NCBI GenBank assembly: GCA_026023565.1
Contig: JAPETS010000006.1
Coordinates: 744,001-808,000 of the forward strand
Source: Cirrosporium novae-zelandiae
Lineage: Eukaryota
Direction of reading: 5' to 3'
Length of the DNA stretch: 64,000 nt
Shown: piece after piece, positions 54,268 to 64,000 of the stretch
How the letters are laid out: every line of letters begins with the position of its first letter
Position numbering within the stretch: the first letter of the stretch is position 1
Made by a program: the position numbers and the translations under genes
The notes under the pieces: model-generated
What the model was told of the DNA's origin: nothing
Database searches by the model: none
What the model saw: only the letters and a program-made list of their open reading frames with translations

Positions 54268-56833
54268 GAATGGAGGGTAAAAAACACTTGAGAATTTCGA
54301 AGTACGGAAGAAGTCCAAGGTTCTGGGTTGTATACTCCACTTGTACTCAATTGTTTCATAGGGAAAATGAAGACATGTGAAATAATGGTTTTCCGGTGGT
54401 TCACACGTGACACCGAGTTTCTCGGTCTACCGAAGAGCCCGAAGAGCCTAAAGCCGAGGCTAATAATATATTTTTATCTCCGTCTACGTGTATCATGCAG
54501 AGTATCATGCTTCACTTTATTTCAAAATACCGTTGCCGCTGGACTCTAATGAAACATATACCGTAAGCGGGGGAAAGGCTTCATTGCTATTGTTAATGCC
54601 AACATATTTTTTTCACTAGTAGTACTGTCTTTTTCTGGAGTGGAAGCATGACGCTTTAGATTTTTCTCTTCTGATTTTCTGCTAATTCTGGATACACATA
54701 ATACTTAATACCGCTTACATTCGCTTGCCTTCGAATCCATGTTGACAAGGAAGACCTTGTGTCTAGAGTACTTTTTGCCCCAATGAGTTGATTAAGGTGA
54801 AAAGTATGGTGACTATAGATGAGGAGGCCGGGGTAAGGATATAATAATAGGTCCAACTCTTGTCCGGGGAGTAAGTCTAAGGTAGCGGTGGGGATGTTGA
54901 CTACCCAATATGCTTGAGAAGCAAGATGGGGTCGGAATGTTAATCATCTCCGATCCGCAAGGCGTTAATATTGCACATCGTCCCCGTGAGTTAGTATGAG
55001 TAGGTTTCCATATTCAAAGAACGTACCAAAAGCCGAAGCCCTACACTTGACCCCAGGGAGAAGCATCTAAGAATTCTAAATGCTTGAGGATTGTCCATTG
55101 TGTTCTGACGAGAGCTTATACGCTCTTCGTAGCTAGGCCTGCTATCAATTTTGTAGGAATACTTTTTGTAAGCTCAGTTCAACCACCAGGCTACTGAAAG
55201 ATAAAAATATATTGGTTAATGGTCCACTGAGGAATGAATGGTGATGATACCGGTAGAGCCAGGTTTAGCACTATACATTCAATTTAAACAAAGAAATCAC
55301 ATCGTCGACCCAATACTTGATGAAAGCTATCGGAATAAATTAGTATTCCTTTTACACCAGAGAAGTGCTCGCTCAGATACTTATCACTTGTTTTGATAAC
55401 ATTGGATGACACTCTGTTTCAATAAAAGGTTCACTATAGTTATAATTCTGAATAGAAAATAATAGAAAGAGTTTCCTGATCTGAGGTCATCGACTTGGTG
55501 TCCAGCAGAATCACTGGAACTAGACAAGACCACCTAAGGGGCCTTGAACCTTGAACCTTGAGCCATGGAGTAGAATTTCGTCCATCTCGGTATTATCCTC
55601 AACACCCGACCCCGGAGTCAGAAGATGATCACTACTTAGTAATAAGGTCCTCCAAATATCCAAGTCAGCGGTCAAATCTGGTGTTTCTGATGGCCAATGA
55701 CAGCAAGATACGTTTTGATGCAGCTTTCGAGCACCAACCAGTCCTTACTGAGCCATATTTCCATGGAAGGTGTACAGTTAAATAATCCGTCTACACCCAG
55801 CCGGAGTTGATTCCATCGGCATACGCTGGGACAATGTGCTTAGGGAATGGACGTTATATCAGCACCTATATTGTATAATCGTTCTTTCTGCGGTAATATC
55901 TGAATAGAGACAACATCGTCGACACAGATTTAATAAAAATATTGTTGCATTTTTTAGTCTCCTCTTTTGGGGTTGGCCCCGATATTTGAATTTTAGCAAC
56001 ACGCTGTTACGATCGGGTCGGTGGAGTCAGAAAATTTCGATGAGGGAGGCTGCTGGCAGTATTCTGCTCCATCATTCTTTCTTCGTGGGTAGAGGTTCTC
56101 ATTAAGATGGTGAAAGCTTTTTGTTCCGACTATGAACCTAAGTGATTTGTTAAAATCAAACTTATACAAGCCTATACGTCTCCAATAGTTGTGCATTACG
56201 ACTTAACTAGAAATGCAAGCCAGCTAGGAATAAAACACTGTGTATTCGGCTGTATGGAAGGATTGATGTTGATGTTGGGTGATATCTACGGTCAGCGGGA
56301 ACCGGGTCTTACTTTATCTCCGACCCCGTCCTAAAATAATACCCTCTGGTTTATATCTTGTCCTTGGTAACACATCTTTAGAATTTATGAAACCCTATAT
56401 TATCTCCTTGGTGTTTTGCGATTACGATTCCCAGATTTGGTTCAAGTTTGTGATCTTGGGGCTGAATGCAGATAAGAACAATCGATATTATCCTTAAGCT
56501 CACTGCCTGTATCGGTATCACGATACATTCTAAGGTCTACTAACCTTGACGATGAACATTACCCGAATGAGATATGGGCCATTTCAGGTTACGAAGATGG
56601 TTCGACACCTTGTTCAACAAGTTGGTTTTCATACCGAAGCTTCTCCAGAGAGTGCTGGGGAATAGGGGTGCAGCGACTTCCGGAGACCCTCCATGGGCTG
56701 ACTATCCTGCTAGACTTAAGGGGAGGAAACATTGAAGACGTAAAATAAGTGGGTATATTCACTTTCGCGACCGGCCGCAGTTTCCCGTTGTACTCGGATA
56801 GAGAGAATATTTTCATTCACAGGTGGAGCGCAG

Positions 56834-56904
56834 AAAGTCGCCGAGACCGCGCGGGCGATGGCAAGCATCAAAATTTTAACCTACCCTTGCCAAAAAGTCA
56901 CCGA
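56834..56904 (+). promoter_or_regulatory. Two copies of AAAGTCRCCGAG, 60 bp apart, upstream of the esterase; candidate Zn2Cys6 sites
   Basis: AAAGTCGCCGAG at 56834 and AAAGTCACCGAG at 56894. The same motif recurs in the PKS and TF upstream regions. Confidence 0.5.
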
Positions 56905-57011
56905 GTCAGGTAAAAAAGCACCTCACGATAACCAGGCTCTGAAGGCGAACCCCAAAGCACCGTTGTACTGACTTTTCCCGAGAAAGGTTTTCAGAAAAAT
57001 CGCAGTTAATC

Positions 57012-57767
57012 ATGGAATATCTTTCCAAAATGCACCCGAGAAATAATAATCTCCCCCGAATTCTCTGTCTCCATGGTGGCGGCGCGTCAGCCACTATTTT
57101 CTACGTCCAAACACTCAAGCTCCAGATCGAACTGCGACGTTATTTCCACTTTGTTTTCGTCAACGGGCCAATGGACTCACAGCCTGGACCTGGCGTGCTC
57201 CCGATATTCGAGGGTGCTGGGCCATATTTCAAATGGGTGACAGATGTGAAAGTGGGAGAGGGCACGGAACCGTCCGAGAAGGAGCGGAAAAGGGAGGAAA
57301 AGGCAGTGGAAAAAATTATTGAGAAAGCGCTGGCAGAAGATGACGGTGGTGGTCCATTCGTGGGCGTGATGGGATTTTCGCAGGGCTCAAGAGTGGCTGC
57401 AGGCCTCTTACTGCAACAGCAGACAAGGAAAGCAAGTCAATTGGAGAAGCTTCAATTCGGAATCTTCTTTGGAGCAACGTGGCCTCCAATAGCTGCTGAG
57501 AAGGCATCCTTTTCCCGCAGCGACATGACCAACGAGATTAGCGACAACCAAGTTCAATCGATCCGAATTCCGACGCTCCATGTACAAGGGTTACAAGATC
57601 CATGGCTAGCTGAAAGTCGAATGCTCCTTGCGAACTGTTGCGAACCCAAGTCAGCAAGATTGGTTGAATTTGAGGGTGGGCATCATCTTCCTTTGTCCAC
57701 GAAGGATATTAAGCGGGTAGCAAATATGATCCTCTGGATTAGCAAACCCGCTTTATCTGATAATTAG
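57012..57767 (+). CDS. FSH1-family serine hydrolase (LovG-like esterase/thioesterase)
   Basis: ILCLHGGG, PGPGVLP.FEG.GPY, nucleophile GFSQG, IPTLHVQGLQD (Asp), FEGGHHLP (His). Confidence 0.92.
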   Translation: MEYLSKMHPRNNNLPRILCLHGGGASATIFYVQTLKLQIELRRYFHFVFVNGPMDSQPGPGVLPIFEGAGPYFKWVTDVKVGEGTEPSEKERKREEKAVEKIIEKALAEDDGGGPFVGVMGFSQGSRVAAGLLLQQQTRKASQLEKLQFGIFFGATWPPIAAEKASFSRSDMTNEISDNQVQSIRIPTLHVQGLQDPWLAESRMLLANCCEPKSARLVEFEGGHHLPLSTKDIKRVANMILWISKPALSDN

Positions 57768-58322
57768 TGGATAATTGGTATTTTGGTTCTTTGTGTATTT
57801 TAGCATGAATCCTCCATTGCGACCTTAACTTGCTATGTGGAACATTTGTTATTTTGAGTAGGATCTCTAATTAAATCTATGAAAAATATGCCATCTACTT
57901 TGTGAATTATTTAATCTTGGCACGGACGATCCCGGAACATCAATATATCCTAATTAGTACAGCAAAACGTCGGAGTTGTCGGCGACATTTATTTTTTATG
58001 CCGAGGCTTCTTATAATACTTTGCCTCTTTGAGAAGTCCTTGTTATCTAGACTACCTAGGTACCTAGGTACCTTGGTGTCTATTCGAACTTCATCTCAAC
58101 TCAACTATGTACGGTACAATTTCTTTGACTTTAGAGAGTTGACTCTATTATCGGTGACTTTCTTCATCACCTGTTCTCATCTTCTGTTCTCGCCGTTGCT
58201 TTACTCTTGTTTTTGATTTCCTATATCATGATGCCTTTATTTCTTCTCATGGGTCGGTATTGGCTAAGCATATTTTGCTCCATTCCTGTTCTATTACTCT
58301 ATATTCCTAATACATATCCTCC

Positions 58323-61300
58323 ATGAAGCCTCAACGCGGAGAACCAATTGCCATCATTGGAAGTGGTTGTCGCTTTCCTGGAGGCGCTACAACACCTTCC
58401 AAGTTGTGGGAACTGCTAGACCATCCAAGGGATCTATCACAGCCCATCCCTTCAGATCGCTTTAATCTCAAGGCCTTCTATCATCCAGATGGCTCTCATC
58501 GCGGTACAACCAACGTCCAGAATTCCTATTTCCTCTCGCAGGATATTCGGCAATTCGACCCCCAGTTCTTCAACATCAAGCCTGTTGAAGCTGACGCCAT
58601 CGACCCACAACAACGCTTGTTGCTTGAAACCGTCTATGAGTCTCTCGAGTCCGCTGGTCTTAGTATCGAAGGCTTGAGGGGCTCATCAACTGCCGTTTAT
58701 GTTGGAGTAATGAACTCAGACTATGGGGAGATCTTACATCGTGATCCTCTCTCCGTCCCTACGTATACTGCTACGGGGGCAGCAGTTTCAATATTGTCAA
58801 ACCGTATTTCTTATTTCTTTGACTGGCATGGTCCTTGCATGACAATCGATACAGCATGTTCATCAAGCTTGGTTGCCATGCACCAGGCTGTTCAAGCCTT
58901 GAGAAGTGGCGAATCTAGAATGGCTATTGCTGCAGGTGCAAATTTAATCCTTGGTCCTGGTATACTTGCCTTTTTTATCTTAATCGACTGTAGATGAACA
59001 TTCCAAGCTAAACTATCTGTGCGCTAGAACCATATATTGCCGAAAGTAAGCTCAAGATGCTATCTCCTACGGGAAGATCCCGGATGTGGGATCAAGATGC
59101 AGATGGGTATGCTCGAGGGGAGGCTATTGCAGCTGTCGTCCTAAAGCCATTGAGTGCCGCTTTAGAGGATGGTGATGACATCGAGTGCATTATACGCGAA
59201 ACCGGTGTTAACCAAGATGGCCGAACAAAAGGTATCACAATGCCTAGCCACACTGCACAAGAAAGGTTAATACGGGAAACATATGAAAGGGCTGGGCTTG
59301 ACATAAACAACAAAAATGACCGTTGCCAGTATTTTGAAGCCCATGGAACAGGTAATTCTATGACTGACCTTGTCCTGGCATTTATGTACTAATTTGAATA
59401 GGTACACCTGCAGGAGATCCCATTGAGGCCGAGGCTGTGAGCAGAGCCTTCTTTGGACCCGAATGTAAAGGTCCAGACCCTGATGATATACTTCATGTTG
59501 GTTCGATCAAAACCGTCGTTGGCCATACTGAAGGAGCTGCTGGACTTGCCGGTGTCTTGAAGGTTGCTTTAGCCTTGCAGAAACGTGTCATCCCACCGAA
59601 TTTACACTTCAAACATCTTAGCCCTCGTGTGCAACCATTTTACCATAATCTACGAATTTGTACATCATCAATTCCATGGCCGGCTGTGGCTGACGGCTGT
59701 CCTAGACGGGCGTGTGTTAATAGTTTTGGTAAGCTACGACCTATTGAGCCGAGGGAAATTATGCTTCGGCAAATTAGTCTAACATCTAGAGTTGATAGGC
59801 TTCGGGGGCACTAACAGTTTTGCAATAATGGAAAGCTACGAACCCTCTCAAGAAATTATGGAGACGCATCTTCCCGCATTTACTCCATTTACATTCTCTG
59901 CTCCATCAGATCGGACTCTTGCAGCAAATTTAGCTGCCTACTCTACTTATCTTAAAAAAAATAGCTCTGTGAATTTGCGAGACCTGGCCTGGACTTTACA
60001 GGCTAGGAGGTCAATATTTCCACTCCGAAAGGCGTTTTCCGCTCTCGATATTGCTAGTCTCTGTTCAAAGATTGATTCCGAGTTAGGGAGATGGAATGAT
60101 GAAACAGGCAGCACTCTTGGTGTTCGCACATCAACAGACACTCCTCGTATCCTTGGCGTTTTCACCGGTCAAGGGGCCCAATGGGCTTCCATGGGACGTG
60201 AACTGATTTTGGGATCAGACTTTGTTCGAAAGTCCATCAAACATCTTGAATTCTCGTTATCAGAACTGCCAGATGGTCCTTCCTGGTCGCTCGAAAATGA
60301 GCTCTTGGCTGATGTTTCGTCTTCTCGGATTGGTCAGGCGGCTCTATCCCAACCTCTATGCACAGCGATTCAGATTGTTTTAGTTGATTTATTACACAGT
60401 GCTGGAATCAAATTCGACGCCGTCGTTGGACATTCGTCTGGCGAAATTTCTGCTGCATATGCGGCAGGATTTATCTCTGCAAGTGACGCAATAAGGATTT
60501 CTTACTATCGCGGTGTTTATGCGAAACTCGCTTGTGGTCCCGAAGGAAAGAAAGGGGCTATGTTGGCCGTCGGCATGGGACTTGACGAGGCCAAAATGTT
60601 TTGCCAGTCACCTCAATTTCAAGGGCGTATTGTTGTGGCTGCTAGTAATTCAGCTGCCAGCGTCACCCTCTCGGGGGATTCTGACGGAATAGTGGAAGCT
60701 AAAGCTGTACTGGATGAAGAGAAGAAATTCGCAAGGCTTCTGAAAGTTGATACGGGGTATCACTCACACCATATGCAGCCATGCTCTGGTCCTTACGTCG
60801 AGTCACTTCGGGCGTGCGCCATTCAACCTGACCAAAAGGCAAACACTGCTTGCCCTTGGTTTTCTAGCGTGCTCGCAGGGAAGAGGATAGCCACAAGGGA
60901 TAACCTAAAAGATGTCTATTGGAAGGACAATATGGTTAACCCAGTCATGTTTTCACAAGCGATTGAAAGTGCCATTGCAGAAGCAGGACCTTTTGATATT
61001 GCTCTCGAGGTAGGTCCACATCCAGCACTTAAAGGACCTGCCACCCAGACCATCGAGGCTATCTCGGAAGGCAAAATTCCCTACTCTGGGCTGCTCAAAC
61101 GCAAAACCAATGACATTGAGGCCTTTTCAGATGCTCTCGGTTTTATTTGGTCACACCTACATGGGCCAGCTATAAATCTCGAGGGTTTCGATAAATCGAT
61201 CTCTAGAAGCCCGCAACCGAAGCTATTAAAGGGCGCTCCAACATATTCTTGGGATCATGACCGGTCTTTCTGGACACAGTCGCGGTTAACTAGAACAATC

Positions 61301-64000
61301 TGGACACAAAAGAGTCCCACTCATGAGCTACTAGGTAGCAGATGCCCAGATAGTACAGATAAAGAGCTTCGTTGGAGAAATATGCTTTGCATTAGAGATA
61401 TTCCCTGGGTCAAGGGACATATACTCCAGGGTCAAGTTATCTTCCCCGCTGCCGGTTATGTGGTCATGGCCTTGGAGGCTGCGAATTCTCTCGCCGAAGG
61501 ACAAGAAGTTAAGTTAGTTGAGGTGCATGACCTTACCATAGGTCGACCAATCGCATTCGATGACGACACGACCGGAGTTGAAATTATTGTCGTGGTGGCA
61601 AACATCAGTTCCAAGGAGGCCTCCAATCAGGTTTCAGCAGACTTCACGTGCTACTCTTGCCCCAATACCGAATCAGCCACTCTCACGCTGACGGCCCATG
61701 GACGGTTGGGGGTGACTATAGGCGAACAATCTCCGGATGTATTGCCTTACAGGCCTCCGTGTCCACCTTGTATGACCGATGTTGACGTCGAGCGCTTCTA
61801 TTCGGCTTTGGCTGACCTTGGCTACGGATATGAAGGAAATTTTAGGGGCTTGTCTATGTTGAAGAGGAAAATGGATATGGCAACAGGTTTGATATCTAAT
61901 CCGCCAGCTGAAAGCCTAAAAAAGCCACTCCTTATTCATCCGGCCACGGTGGATGTAGCCATTCACAGTGTCTTTGCTGCGTTTTCTGCCCCTAACGATG
62001 GCCGTCTTTGGTCACTCCATGTACCTACAGATATTCAAAAAATCACGGTTAATCCCCTGTTCTGCAGTCCATCCCGTATCCATGAATCGCAGCTACCCTT
62101 TGATTCTGTCGTGACCAAGGCTGACTCTACTGGCTTAATGGGAGATGTGGACGTATTCGCAGAAGATGGAAAGCATGCTATTTTACAGGTTGAGGGAATG
62201 AGAGTCAAGCCATTCTCTCCGGCCTCGGAAGCTGATGACTATCCCATCTTTTCCGAGTTACTGTGGGATGTTTCTGACCCGTGCAGTATGGCAATTGAGA
62301 AAATCCCACCATCAGCAACTGAGCGTGAGATTGCATATATCTGTGATAGAGCTGCATATTTCTATCTTTGTTCACTGGATAATCTCATCACACAAGAAGA
62401 ACGAGAACGTACAGATTGGCATTTCCGTCGCTATCTTGAATTTGCAGCCCATATCAGATCCCTCGTCTCATCTGGCAAGCATCCGTTAGTAGAGAAGGCA
62501 TGGGAAAACGACACGCGCGAGGAGATCACTGCTTTGATGGACAGGTACCCGGACTGTGTTGACCTCAGGGTGATGCGTGCTACCTGCGAGAATTTGCCCG
62601 CGGCTATTCGCGGCCATACTACAGTTCTGGAGCATATAGCTAGCGATTTGGACGAATTTTATGAAAAGACCGTTGGATTTCCTCAGTATAACGCATACCT
62701 TGGTCTTATGGCAGGACAAATCGCGCATCGCTATCCACATATGAACATACTTGAAATAGGTAAGCCTGAGTAATTTACTATTGGACAGTTACTACTCTCC
62801 TTGCATGCTCTTCGTTAAGTCCCATTCTTGTACGATTGGTTTCTAATGTCTTGCAGGCGCTGGGACTGGGTCAGCGACGAAGAATATCCTGGAGAAATTA
62901 GGACCTGCTTTCTCTTCATACACTTATACGGATATCTCTGCCGGTTTCTTTGAAAAAGCTTCGGATGTGTTCCGAGATTATGGCAATAAAATGAGTTTCA
63001 AGACGCTTGATATTGAAAAGGACGTCGAATCACAAGGCTTTGCCAAACATTCATATGACTTAGTGATTGCTTCGAACGTTTTACATGCGACAGCTGTCCT
63101 CAACGATACAATGAAAAATGCCCGAAGTCTTTTAAAGCCCGGTGGCAAACTTTTGCTACTTGAAGTAACGAACAACGACCTCGTCAGGGTGGGTACAATA
63201 TTTGGGGTTTTCCCAGGTTGGTGGGTTGGTGAAAATGATGGTCGTCGGCTGTGTCCAACTCTTTCCCCAGCACAATGGGTATCGCTTATGCGAAAAACCG
63301 GCTTCTCAAGCATTGACAACGTTATCCCTCCGCCTGATGACAAGGCAAGCACTTGCTCTGTTCTTGCTGCAGAAGCTGTTGATGACCGAGTCAACTTTCT
63401 TCGTCGGCCACTTTCATCTCCTGCAATGGGGTTAGAACCAACCGAGCTGGTGATTCTTGGTGGGAAGACGATGGAAACCTCGAGGCTTGTAGAAGATGCT
63501 TCTAGACTTCTGGGATGGCGGTACCCGAGAACTTTAACAATAGATGCCCTGGAAGACCTCACAGCAAATGACATGTCTCCAATGTGTACAGTTTTAAGCT
63601 TGACTGAGCTCGACGAACCCACCTTCAAGGGAATGACAAAAGAAAAGCTTGAATCTATGAAGAGGCTTTTCGACCAGGCTAGGAATGTCCTCTGGGTTAC
63701 CAGGGGATGCCGAGCAGATGAGCCATATTCCAACATGATGGTGGGGTTTGGACGGAGTTTGCGCTACGAAGTTCCTCACCTTCGACTACAATTTCTTGAT
63801 ATGCCCCATACTGAGAGCCCCGATACTGAAAAGATTGCAGAATCTCTGCTACGCTTACAAGTGTCCGAACAATGGGAGGACAATGAAGATTTACTATGGT
63901 CAACAGAACCAGAGCTTGTGCTTGAGAATGGACAAATTATGATACCACGACTTTATCATAAGAAGGATCAAATTTTGAGATATAATTCTTCGAGGCGTTT
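58323..64000 (+). CDS. Iterative highly reducing type I PKS of the LovB / PKS-NRPS clade (KS-AT-DH-cMT-...), truncated at the window end; introns 58960-59027, 59352-59401, 59729-59798, 62760-62856
   Basis: [32 protein letters not shown] / EAHGTGT / [40 protein letters not shown]; cMT ILEIG|AGTG. Frame stays open to the window end. Confidence 0.96.

Overview
Intron-containing genomic DNA of a filamentous ascomycete (GT..AG introns with CTRAY-type branch sites; species not determinable). The first ~49 kb is mostly housekeeping genes: NAD-glutamate dehydrogenase (5' part), UTP18, a GH20 hexosaminidase, NAB2, an NDR-type kinase, REV1, an FPR3/4-type FKBP, a STE20/PAK kinase, HSE1, cytochrome b5, two MFS transporters and a calpain. 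An accessory-looking segment (~22.1-32.3 kb) interrupts them and carries a pseudogenised SesA-NB-ARC-TPR fungal NLR, an intronless GH17 glucanase and a repeat-rich gene desert. After a low-complexity spacer (~49.5-51.5 kb) the window enters the edge of a secondary-metabolite cluster: a Zn2Cys6 regulator, an FSH1/LovG-like esterase and a LovB/PKS-NRPS-type highly reducing PKS (KS-AT-DH-cMT, truncated by the window end). The three cluster promoters share a TCGGYGAC / AAAGTCRCCGA motif. Exon boundaries were read by eye and family calls come from motif recognition, not database searches.
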